NCBI GenBank assembly: GCA_900317065.1
Contig: ONFK01000001.1
Coordinates: 1-35,533 of the forward strand
Source: an uncultured Bacteroidales bacterium
GTDB taxonomy: Bacteria; Bacteroidota; Bacteroidia; Bacteroidales; UBA932
DNA: 35,533 nucleotides
Direction of reading: 5' to 3'
Both the position numbers and the translations under genes were made by a program. The notes under the pieces were generated by a model. That model searched no databases, was not told where the DNA came from, and saw only the letters and a program-made list of their open reading frames with translations. This document shows, in pieces, positions 8,332 to 16,959 of the stretch (position 1 is its first letter; each line of letters begins with the position of its first letter).

Positions 8332-10047
8332 ATGGCGACCGAACCGAAAGCAAAGATACATGTCGGAGCCGACACCTCTGATTTCGACAAAGGGGCGAAG
8401 TCGGTGAAGCAGGGCCTCCGTGACCTTGACAAGGTCGGCGGGGACGCCCTTGCATCCCTGGGCGAGGCTTTCGGAGTTAACACCGGTAGGGTCAACCAGA
8501 TGACCTCGGCCGTCGTGGGTCTCGGCCAGAAGCTCTCGCAGTCTGGGAATGCAGGAGTCAAGGCTTTTGGCGACATCCTCAAGTCCATCGGACCGGTCCA
8601 GGCGGGCATCGCCGGACTTGGCCTGGCCGCAGCCGCCGCAGGCTTCCGTGCGCTCAAGGCCGAAGCCGACAACTTCAAGTCTACCATTGACGGCCTTAAC
8701 CTGTCCATGGCGACGGAGACCTACATCTCCACCTATCGGCAGGCCATGCACGACGCCAATGCTGGTGTAGGGCAGAGTATCGGGGAGACCATGTCAGGGC
8801 TGGAGAAGCGGTGGGCCAGGTTCACCTCGAACGCCGGCGCTTTCCTTGCCACCTGGATCGGAGACAAGGAGACGGTCGGCATTGTCGATTCATGGCGAAA
8901 GGTTGCGGACGCATCGAGGGCGGCGACCAAGGCTGCCGAAGAAGGCGAAGTCCTCGGTAGCCAACTGGCGGATCTGAAAAAGCGTGAACTTACCCTGACG
9001 ACGGAGATCGCCGAGAAAGACAGGGACATCGCCGAGCAGATGCGTATCGCCCGGGACAACTCGAAGAGCGCCGCAGAGAGATCCGCGGCGGAAGAACAGG
9101 CCCGGACGCTGATCAATGAGAAATACGCTGCGCAGATCCAGATGGCCAAGGACATGGCCTCTGTCCAGGAGCAGATCGACGGCCTTGCAAACAATGACTA
9201 TGAGGCGACCAAGAACACGGAGGCCGCCAAGCAGCGTGTGCTCGCCCTGGAGGCGCAGCAGGCACAGGAGTTGGCTGGTATTGACCGGTTGTCTAACCGC
9301 ATATCGAACAGTGCATCCACGAATGCTGCCGCATGGCAGAAGGCCCGCGAGGAGGCCGAGAAGCTGGCCGCGCTCCACGCCCGTGGTGAAGCCTACGGTG
9401 CAGCTCTCGCGGGCGGCCTTGCATCCATCAGCACACCAGGTGTGATTGGGCCGACTCTTAGCATCTTGCCGCAGCGCCAGGACATCGAGCTCTTTAAGAG
9501 TACCCTGCAGGCTTACATGGGCGACTTCCAGCTATCCATCGGGTTCAAGGCTAATACTGAGCAGATCCGCGACATCACCAACGAGGTCAATTCCCTTGTC
9601 GAATCCGGAGTGACACGTTCGGCAGAGCTCATAGGTGGCCTTGTCGGCACCCTTGCTGGCGGCGGTGATGCGTGGGGCGATTTCAAAGATGCTGCTCTTT
9701 CAACCTTCGGAGACATGGCTATCGCTGTTGGTAAAATTGCGATACAGGAAGGACTCGCTGTTGCTGGTATTCAGGCGGCTCTTAAATCCGGTCAGTGGTA
9801 TCTCGCTGTTGCTGCGGGGGCAGCCCTGGTGGCGCTCGGATCTGCTGTCAAGTCCAGCCTCTCAGCGGTGGCATCCGGAGACTATAGTGCCGGTGGAGGC
9901 TACTCCGGCGGAAACTACTCTTCCTCTTCCGGCAACTATGAATCCCGGGAGATCAATGTCAATGTGACCGGATCTCTGGAGGCCGACGGGGACAAGCTCC
10001 TTGCCGTCATCGGGAGCGCGAATAAGAAGAATTACTACATCAGGTGA
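8332..10047 (+). CDS. Tape measure protein (571 aa)
   Basis: N-terminal IHVGADTSDF, Ala/Gly-rich helical sequence, hydrophobic C-terminal segments; follows the chaperones. Confidence 0.9.
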   Translation: MATEPKAKIHVGADTSDFDKGAKSVKQGLRDLDKVGGDALASLGEAFGVNTGRVNQMTSAVVGLGQKLSQSGNAGVKAFGDILKSIGPVQAGIAGLGLAAAAAGFRALKAEADNFKSTIDGLNLSMATETYISTYRQAMHDANAGVGQSIGETMSGLEKRWARFTSNAGAFLATWIGDKETVGIVDSWRKVADASRAATKAAEEGEVLGSQLADLKKRELTLTTEIAEKDRDIAEQMRIARDNSKSAAERSAAEEQARTLINEKYAAQIQMAKDMASVQEQIDGLANNDYEATKNTEAAKQRVLALEAQQAQELAGIDRLSNRISNSASTNAAAWQKAREEAEKLAALHARGEAYGAALAGGLASISTPGVIGPTLSILPQRQDIELFKSTLQAYMGDFQLSIGFKANTEQIRDITNEVNSLVESGVTRSAELIGGLVGTLAGGGDAWGDFKDAALSTFGDMAIAVGKIAIQEGLAVAGIQAALKSGQWYLAVAAGAALVALGSAVKSSLSAVASGDYSAGGGYSGGNYSSSSGNYESREINVNVTGSLEADGDKLLAVIGSANKKNYYIR

Positions 10048-10048
10048 T

Positions 10049-13000
10049 ATGGCGTGGAATAGGAAATATCGGTTTCGCTACGGCACTATCAACGGTGTAG
10101 ACATCAATATTTACATTGATGTACAGAACTACAGCGGTTCTGTCATCGAACGTGCCCTGGGGCGGTCGCCTGTCCTCAAGCGGACGGAGAACGGTCCTAT
10201 CTGCGGCACATCCCTCACCCTCTATGCCGAGTGCAAGGTCGACGGTGAGTTCGCCGAGCTCTACACGAGCAATCCCAACGAATATCGGGTTGAGGTCTTC
10301 CGCGGCAACAATCAGATCTGGACGGGATTCATCACCCCGGAGCTGTACAGTGAACCGTCTATCGCCCCTCCCTATGACGTGGAGATAGTTGCCACGGACG
10401 GGCTGGGCGAGCTGAAACTCCACAATTTTGAGCCGCAGGGCGAGGTCACCCTTCGGGCAATGCTGTTCTACCTTCTCTCTGCCTCCGGAGCAGGAAGGAG
10501 CATCTACACTGTATCGACCCTTCGGACGACTGCACAGAACGTCAACTCATTTATCAACAGCGCCAAGATCAACCTGGATTTCATGTCCGGCCAGACACGG
10601 TATGAGGTCCTGACACAGCTGCTCAACACCCTCCATGCGTCCATCACCATGCACAATGGAGACTGGCTCATTGTGCGGGAGACAGACCTTGTCATCGGCA
10701 GCGGTGAAGCCATCGGCGCGGCTTATACTGCTAACCGTGGATCCACGACCGTCGGGGCATCCATCAGTGGTGCTGTACTTCCAGTCGGGCAGATGGGGCA
10801 GGTCGACACATGGCCTGTCGGGCACTTGTCAACAAGGGTGGAACCGGCGAAGCGGTCTGTCACGATTGAAGCTCCCTGGCATGGGGTGAATCTCCTGAAG
10901 AATCCAGATATGGCGACGAACTCCCTCTGGGAGGGAACGACATCCTACTGGGAGGCGGGCAAATATATGCTGCCTGCTGGGGGCCTTTACGGGATTTATC
11001 AGGACATTCCGTTGAACCATTTCCAGAACGTACCGCTGGACATCTCTGTCCGCTGCTCCCGGAGAGCTGCGCTCATTGATGACATGAACTTCGTGGCGAT
11101 CACCCTCATGTTCACGGACAGCAACAGCATCGTGTACTACTACGAGAGCAAGGGTGGGAAATGGTCGAGCACGAGAGATGGGTATGACGAATACGATCTT
11201 GCCAACTACACACTGGACAGGAATGTCGCTGATGAATATACGCTCTCTGTCCCGGGCCTTCCGTTGACGGAAGATCTGAGCGGGACTCTCCGGGTGATCA
11301 TCAGGGGAAGAAACGCCTCCATCTTTGGTGCCTCCGTCCTCACAAGGGTCAACGCTGGATACAGAGACACTATTGTCATCAACAACGGTGCCCGTGGAAC
11401 TGGAGACACGACTGAGATCCTGGGCGGTCGGATGCTTTCCTCAACCGATCCGGTGTCGCCGAATGCACTGGAAGGTATCTGGCTGGATGCTTCCGGGGTT
11501 CCGATTGGGAGTTCTTTCCTGAACCGCCATTATACGGCTGGGAAGGACTATCTGTCCCTGACCGCATTGGACTACGCCATGTCTCTGGCTCTGCCCCGTC
11601 TCATCCTGACGGGTGTGGTGAATATTCCCGCTGAATGGGCTTTCCTCCCATTCGTTGTCAAATATCGTGGATCCTACTACCAGATCCGGACGTTCGAGTA
11701 CAATATCTTTGATGAGGAGCTGAACATTAATGCTATCTCCCTGCCTGCTGCGACACTGACAGTGGAGAGTGAGGTTGTGACGTCCATGGGCTATGCCAAG
11801 GCGGTTGCAAGTTCTTCTTCCTCTGGTGGAGGAGATACCCCTACCCCTACCCCCACGACGGTGAACGGGGGGACGGTGTTCTACGGGCACATCACCAGCA
11901 CAAAGGCGACGACCGCGAAGGTTGCGACGGTGACGGGGATGACGGCGGCGGACCTCAAGCCCGGCGCAACGGTCGTCCTTTTCTGCGACTACTCCAACTC
12001 CGCCACTGGCGCGACTCTGAACGTCAACTCCACCGGGGCCAAGCCTATGCGGGATATGGCGGCACTGGATGGGAGCGGATTTACATACGACTGGTCGCAG
12101 TACGAGACCCTGACCTTTGTTTATGACGGAACCTCCTGGAACCTTGTCAACAAGTTCAAGGCATACGGCAGCTACCGCGGCAACGTCAAGATCATCGGCT
12201 CGCTGGCCCTCCTCCTGGCCGCGTCCACCTATTCGGACGACCAGACGATCAGCGCCAGCACGGCGAAGGAGATCTACGACCTCATCCAGGGCGGGGGCGG
12301 CGGCGTGTCCTCCGTCGGCCTGACGATGCCGACCGGCTTCTCCGTGACCGGCTCCCCGGTGACCGGGTCCGGTACCCTCCAGGTGTCCCTGGCGAGCGGG
12401 TACAAGATGCTCAAGACAACGGAGTGGAACGAGGCCTACGTCATGCGGGCTCCCGTGCTGGAGATTCATCGCGGCTACCGCAGGGGCGAGCAGGCCCCCG
12501 TCACGCCGTACCTCATTGCAAAGCACCCGGCCATCGGAGCCATCAACCGGGCGGAGTTCGTCCTCATGGTCCGGACAGCCAGAAAGGGACGGAGGAGGGA
12601 CACAAAGCAGTCCTTCTACCGGAAGGCGTGGGGCTTGGCTATGGGCCAAGACGGAGAAGGGGCGCTGACCTTCGGAAGCACCGTCACCCTGACGGCCCTC
12701 CGGGAGTTCATATTGCACAACTACTGCTCCGGCTACCTGACAAACGTCTCCGCCATGACCTACGCCCAGTTCAAGCAGCTCACCGTACAGGTAGGGTTTG
12801 GACACCCTCAGGGGAACTTGGACGCATACGTAAAAAATATCAAGCACACGCGGGTGTTCGGGATTGCGGTACGGTACACCAATCCGGCATTCGCGGAGCT
12901 CGCCTCCGGCCCGCTGTCAGACCACACGGCGATGATCAAGTCCAATGGGACGGTCATCCCCCGGTGGATATACTCGGAGGTTGCACCGATCCTGGTGCGT

Positions 13001-13072
13001 TGCGAACGTGGAGCGCTGGACGGGACGGGAACCAACGACGGAGGAGTGATAGGGTTCCGGCTGCTGCCGTGA
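10049..13072 (+). CDS. Large tail tip / baseplate hub protein with fibre-like C-terminal modules (1007 aa)
   Basis: First gene after the tape measure; IWTGFITPELYSEP...IVATDGLGELK hub-like motif; S/G/PT linker, then ATLNVNSTGAKP...FVYDGTSW fibre module. Confidence 0.75.
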   Translation: MAWNRKYRFRYGTINGVDINIYIDVQNYSGSVIERALGRSPVLKRTENGPICGTSLTLYAECKVDGEFAELYTSNPNEYRVEVFRGNNQIWTGFITPELYSEPSIAPPYDVEIVATDGLGELKLHNFEPQGEVTLRAMLFYLLSASGAGRSIYTVSTLRTTAQNVNSFINSAKINLDFMSGQTRYEVLTQLLNTLHASITMHNGDWLIVRETDLVIGSGEAIGAAYTANRGSTTVGASISGAVLPVGQMGQVDTWPVGHLSTRVEPAKRSVTIEAPWHGVNLLKNPDMATNSLWEGTTSYWEAGKYMLPAGGLYGIYQDIPLNHFQNVPLDISVRCSRRAALIDDMNFVAITLMFTDSNSIVYYYESKGGKWSSTRDGYDEYDLANYTLDRNVADEYTLSVPGLPLTEDLSGTLRVIIRGRNASIFGASVLTRVNAGYRDTIVINNGARGTGDTTEILGGRMLSSTDPVSPNALEGIWLDASGVPIGSSFLNRHYTAGKDYLSLTALDYAMSLALPRLILTGVVNIPAEWAFLPFVVKYRGSYYQIRTFEYNIFDEELNINAISLPAATLTVESEVVTSMGYAKAVASSSSSGGGDTPTPTPTTVNGGTVFYGHITSTKATTAKVATVTGMTAADLKPGATVVLFCDYSNSATGATLNVNSTGAKPMRDMAALDGSGFTYDWSQYETLTFVYDGTSWNLVNKFKAYGSYRGNVKIIGSLALLLAASTYSDDQTISASTAKEIYDLIQGGGGGVSSVGLTMPTGFSVTGSPVTGSGTLQVSLASGYKMLKTTEWNEAYVMRAPVLEIHRGYRRGEQAPVTPYLIAKHPAIGAINRAEFVLMVRTARKGRRRDTKQSFYRKAWGLAMGQDGEGALTFGSTVTLTALREFILHNYCSGYLTNVSAMTYAQFKQLTVQVGFGHPQGNLDAYVKNIKHTRVFGIAVRYTNPAFAELASGPLSDHTAMIKSNGTVIPRWIYSEVAPILVRCERGALDGTGTNDGGVIGFRLLP

Positions 13073-13178
13073 AAAAGACCCGCCTCCGATGGAGAGCGGG
13101 GTCGAAAGTCATGCCTCCGATGGAGAGCGCTGACGAAAGTCCAGCCTCCGATGGAGAGCGGGGACCGGGACAAAGATA
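13072..13178 (-). ncRNA. Candidate small RNA of about 90 nt: -7 box, three 17-nt repeats, intrinsic terminator
   Basis: Minus-strand TATCTTTG at 13178-13171; repeats at 13082, 13113 and 13144; the last hairpin on the minus strand is followed by TTTTT. Confidence 0.5.
13082..13160. repeat. Three exact copies of GCCTCCGATGGAGAGCG with 31-bp period
   Basis: Copies at 13082-13098, 13113-13129 and 13144-13160; both 14-nt linkers contain CGAAAGTC. Confidence 0.97.
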
Positions 13179-13205
13179 GTGAAATATAGTTAAAAACAGA
13201 AAAAT

Positions 13206-14111
13206 ATGGGAGCGATTCTTACAATACCTAACGGCCGGCAGGGGTCGGACATGACCTTCCGGGGATCACTGGAAGACGGTGGGATGGCCGTCGACTGGTC
13301 CGGCATGAGCAAGATTGAGGCATGGCTGTTTTCGCACGACCAGAAGGCCCTATCCGGGCGCTGTACGGTCAGTGTGGACCCGAAGGACACGACCATCCTG
13401 ATATGCGAGTATTCGGCAAGCAAACCGCAATACCTCGGCATCAACTCCCTGTTCATCCGCGCCACGTACCACGGACGGACGAAGACCTACGACCGGAAGG
13501 CGATCAACATCGTGGAGCGGACCGACGAGGTGGCCGGCTCCGTCGTCCTGGACGACCCCATCGTGGACGTCCAGTTCACCGTTAAGGATTTCTCCTCCTC
13601 CATCCTGGACGACCTCCTTGCGGCCTGCGTCAAGGCCACGGAGGATGCCCGGAGGATCGCTGACGTGCACGTCGGCCCTCCCGGCCCGGCCGGTGTCGAC
13701 GAGGTGGAGGTGAGTGTCGGTGAGGAGACCGGAACCCCTTCCGCCGAATCCACCCTGGAGGACGGCAAGCTCACCATCCGTTTCGACGGTCTGAAAGGTC
13801 CGGAGGGAGACCGGGGACCGGCCGGCGTTGAGCGTGTCGTCGTGACGGTTGACAGCACCACGGGAGGGACACCATCCGGGACGGCAACCGTCGTGAACGG
13901 AGTGCTGACCCTTGCGCTCCACAACATGAAGGGCGACCCCGGCCAGCAGGGCAACTCCGGATACAGCGGAGCCGCCGGGGAGCTGGAGGTCGTGAACAAC
14001 CGTACCCAGGGCGGGGCTACGGCTGCATGGTCCGCCGAGCAGGGGAAACTCCTCTGCCAGGAGGTCGGATACCTCGGAGAGGTCGTTGAAACCATTGATG
14101 ACTGGATGTAA
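13206..14111 (+). CDS. Tail appendage / fibre-associated protein with short collagen-like GxY stretches
   Basis: GPPGPAG, GLKGPEGDRGPAG, KGDPGQQGNSG; VVNNRTQGGATAAWSAEQGKLL fibre motif. Confidence 0.7.
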   Translation: MGAILTIPNGRQGSDMTFRGSLEDGGMAVDWSGMSKIEAWLFSHDQKALSGRCTVSVDPKDTTILICEYSASKPQYLGINSLFIRATYHGRTKTYDRKAINIVERTDEVAGSVVLDDPIVDVQFTVKDFSSSILDDLLAACVKATEDARRIADVHVGPPGPAGVDEVEVSVGEETGTPSAESTLEDGKLTIRFDGLKGPEGDRGPAGVERVVVTVDSTTGGTPSGTATVVNGVLTLALHNMKGDPGQQGNSGYSGAAGELEVVNNRTQGGATAAWSAEQGKLLCQEVGYLGEVVETIDDWM

Positions 14112-14443
14112 TGATGGACTGCAAGTGTGAAAGATACAAGGACTACTTCGGTTCAACACCGAAGTACCTGTTTGAGCTCACCGTGGACGACCTCTCGATG
14201 GCTGACTTCGATTTCCAGGTCCGCCTCCAGAGGGGCCCGAACGCGGTCGTCATCGAAAAGGACTCAATGATCGTCGACGGTGAGGGTAACTACTTCATCA
14301 CCTTCGACACGAAGGCCCTCGGCATCGGACCGGTCCGCGCCATCATCATCGCCAGCATCCCCGACACGGACTACCCAGACGGTGTCCGGACGGAGGTCGA
14401 TGTGATTGAGAACTTCACCGAAATACTTGAACTGCCGCAATGA
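14111..14443 (+). CDS. Hypothetical structural protein (beta-rich)
   Basis: Coupled ORF in the tail cluster; IPDTDYPDGVRTEV motif. Confidence 0.7.
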   Translation: MMDCKCERYKDYFGSTPKYLFELTVDDLSMADFDFQVRLQRGPNAVVIEKDSMIVDGEGNYFITFDTKALGIGPVRAIIIASIPDTDYPDGVRTEVDVIENFTEILELPQ

Positions 14444-14742
14444 AATGTATATCCGCAACACTGACCCGCGCCGAGTCCTTCTCGACGAGCCTGTCCCGGA
14501 CGGGAGAGGCGCTGGGGTCCACGGCCATCCGTATCGGGGCCATCCGGGGCTTCTATGAGCGCCAGGAGCCGGGGATGAAGGTTGCCTTCACTCCGCTCCG
14601 GATAGGCGTCCGCCTGTCCCCCGTCTGCACGCCGAGCATCCGGAACCCGTACCTGGAGATCGAGCCGGAGGTCCTGTGGGTCTACGCGGACATGGTGCAG
14701 TACAACGACGTCATCAGCAACACATACTGGAAGATCAACTAA
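14440..14742 (+). CDS. Hypothetical structural protein with BACON-like C-terminus
   Basis: YLEIEPEVLWV...VISNTYWKIN resembles the YLTIEP...VESNTSWTIS end of the next gene. Confidence 0.65.
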   Translation: MKCISATLTRAESFSTSLSRTGEALGSTAIRIGAIRGFYERQEPGMKVAFTPLRIGVRLSPVCTPSIRNPYLEIEPEVLWVYADMVQYNDVISNTYWKIN

Positions 14743-14754
14743 ATACGTAATACT

Positions 14755-15360
14755 ATGGCATACGCATCATGGGCTCGGCCCAGCAAAACACAAGGTAACG
14801 GTAATGATACCGTCGCGTGGTCGGCCCCCGAACATACGGGCCGGTCCCCCCGTCAAACCCAGGCGGTCTTCGCCGCGTCCGGCGTCACCTCCAAGAACCT
14901 GACAATCATACAGGCAGGCAAGGCGGAATACGTTTCGATTGACCCGACCGCTGCCGTCGCAAAGGGCGGCGGGTCCGTCACCATCACCGGGCGCTCCAAC
15001 TCGTCCAAGCTGACCTTCGCACTTACGGGAGATAATGGAATCGGATTGGTCCTCCCTACGAAATACCTCGCCGCCTCGATTGAGACGAACAACGACACCG
15101 CCATCACCGGAGACCCCGGTGCGGCGCAGGAGTACGACTTCGCCATCACCTTCACGGGGATTGGAGAGAACACGACCATCGGTGCACTCGTATCGCAGCT
15201 GACGGTTACGGCGAACAACTCCACTTCCGCAACGTGCGACATCACCCAGGCCGCTGGCGACGCCTACCTCACCATCGAGCCTACGACCATCAACCTCACG
15301 GCTGCTGGTACTGCGGTCAACGTCACCGTCGAATCCAACACCTCCTGGACTATCAGCTAA
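14755..15360 (+). CDS. BACON-like (Ig-fold) virion decoration / adhesion protein
   Basis: SW..PS..QGNGN, HTGR..R, IIQAGK, GGSVTITGRSN and VESNTSWTIS motifs. Confidence 0.75.
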   Translation: MAYASWARPSKTQGNGNDTVAWSAPEHTGRSPRQTQAVFAASGVTSKNLTIIQAGKAEYVSIDPTAAVAKGGGSVTITGRSNSSKLTFALTGDNGIGLVLPTKYLAASIETNNDTAITGDPGAAQEYDFAITFTGIGENTTIGALVSQLTVTANNSTSATCDITQAAGDAYLTIEPTTINLTAAGTAVNVTVESNTSWTIS

Positions 15361-15632
15361 TGACTACGCAGGTACCCTGGAACGACGGAACGGGCGAAAG
15401 CCTGTACCTCACATACGGAGCATCGGAGGGCAATCAGACCGTAACGGTCACCTCCGATGCCCATACGGGGTACATCGAGAGAACCCGCGACATCGTGTTC
15501 TCCGTCACCGCCGGGAGTACGACCATCAGCCGGACCTTGACGGTGAGACAGGCAGGAAAGGACATCATCATCATCACCCGCAACGACGTTGCCTCTACCG
15601 AGAACGAGGTTGCAGTGGGATACGAACAATAA
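15360..15632 (+). CDS. Small BACON-related protein (90 aa, MTTQVPWNDG...)
   Basis: TAATG overlap with the upstream stop; GNQTVTVTSD...RT...LTVRQAG pattern. Confidence 0.7.
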   Translation: MTTQVPWNDGTGESLYLTYGASEGNQTVTVTSDAHTGYIERTRDIVFSVTAGSTTISRTLTVRQAGKDIIIITRNDVASTENEVAVGYEQ

Positions 15633-15636
15633 GATT

Positions 15637-16290
15637 ATGGCAGTTACATATAAAGACATAGACCAGCTGACGCAGAAGGCCACTCCTACCGGGACGGAGA
15701 AGCTCCCCGTCTCCGATACGGAGTACATCACCCCGCAACAGATTGCAGGGATGGTGGAAGTGGATGATGCTGTAAGCACATCCTCTGAAAATGCGCTTCA
15801 GAACGTCATTATCCGACGCAATTATCCGTTCGCGCCACAACCGGACATCACAAAGCAAGACGGTAGAATGGGCGCTTCCGGCACTATCGCAAGCGGCTAT
15901 ACGTCGACATTTGAAGTGTGGTCTGTGCCGACGACACCGGGATATACATATTTGATTTACGGGAGGTTGAACTTAACGGGCGGTTCAAATTGCTATCTGG
16001 TCGTGTGGACCGATTCAAACGGGACCGGAATCAAGGCTGAATACTACTACGAGGTGGGGTCTGGTAACAAGTTATTCTACAATGTACTCGCAACGGCCCC
16101 GGAGGGTGCCGCATACTTGAACGTGAACGTCGTAAAGAACTATTCCGGCAACACTTTCATCCAGCGCCTCTCCACCCTTCCGTTCATTCCGACGGATATG
16201 CCAAAGTACGCACTCATGAACGACGAGGCCGCTTATCGAGCCCTCACTACGAAAGAATCCGGCACCCTCTATCTAATTCCCGAAAGCTGA
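15637..16290 (+). CDS. Tail fibre / receptor-binding accessory protein
   Basis: VDDAVSTSSENALQN fibre motif; C-terminal EAAYRALTTKESGTLYLI motif. Confidence 0.7.
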   Translation: MAVTYKDIDQLTQKATPTGTEKLPVSDTEYITPQQIAGMVEVDDAVSTSSENALQNVIIRRNYPFAPQPDITKQDGRMGASGTIASGYTSTFEVWSVPTTPGYTYLIYGRLNLTGGSNCYLVVWTDSNGTGIKAEYYYEVGSGNKLFYNVLATAPEGAAYLNVNVVKNYSGNTFIQRLSTLPFIPTDMPKYALMNDEAAYRALTTKESGTLYLIPES

Positions 16291-16952
16291 TGTCGTATAT
16301 TGGAAACACAAAGATTGGGAAGATGTTCCTGGGCGATATCGAGATAGCGAAAGCCTACCTCGGCGATACCCTTGTTTTCCAAAAGAAGGCGGCATCAAGG
16401 CTCCCGGCGGGATATACGGAGGTGGAATACATCAGCAATCCGTCTACGGCATATATCCGGACTGCGCTCTATGGCGACAACACTTCGTGGACTCTTACCG
16501 CTCAGCGGACTTCCGGCTCGTCAAATGCAATCCTCATAGGCAGGCGGACAAGCTCCGGACAATGGTTCGGCGGTCTGTCAAACGGGCGCTGGGGGTCCAA
16601 TACTGCATCGGGTGCGTATGTGGCAATCAATAGCACGGTCAAGTCTTCCATCGTCCTTTCGTTCGGGACGACCAATATATCCGGAACGGTAGACGGCTCC
16701 TCGTTCTCCCGAAATGGATCGGCATCCTCGTCCGGATCGTCGTACAGGTACAGCCTGTTCTCTTACGGAGGAAACTACCCATTCGTGGGGAGCATCTTCG
16801 GGGATGTGGTTGGAGTCAGGAACAACGCGGAGATATTCCACGGGGTATGCTGCACTGACCCGAACGGGGTTGCGGGACTTTACGACCTCATTTCCGAGAC
16901 CTTCTATGATTCGTATAACGATGTGGCCCTCGTTGCTGGGCCAGCAATATAA
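16290..16952 (+). CDS. Putative receptor-binding protein (lectin/LamG-like beta domain)
   Basis: N-terminal IGKMFLGDIEIAKAYLGDTLVF adaptor, LPAGYTEVEYI and GLYDLISETFY motifs. Confidence 0.65.
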   Translation: MSYIGNTKIGKMFLGDIEIAKAYLGDTLVFQKKAASRLPAGYTEVEYISNPSTAYIRTALYGDNTSWTLTAQRTSGSSNAILIGRRTSSGQWFGGLSNGRWGSNTASGAYVAINSTVKSSIVLSFGTTNISGTVDGSSFSRNGSASSSGSSYRYSLFSYGGNYPFVGSIFGDVVGVRNNAEIFHGVCCTDPNGVAGLYDLISETFYDSYNDVALVAGPAI

Positions 16953-16959
16953 TTAAGAT

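Noticed and set aside
8351-8358. Minus-strand TATCTTTG box at the start of the tape measure gene
   Set aside because: Lies inside a CDS with no nearby terminator; shows that the box alone can occur by chance.
11441-12847. 468-aa minus-strand ORF within the tail gene
   Set aside because: Low-information shadow translation of a GC-rich gene.
13082-13160. CRISPR mini-array interpretation
   Set aside because: Repeats (17 nt) and linkers (14 nt) are too short, the linkers resemble each other, and there are no cas genes.
13129-13185. Hammerhead ribozyme (CTGACGA...GAAA)
   Set aside because: No stem II could be formed between CUGANGA and a correctly placed GAAA.
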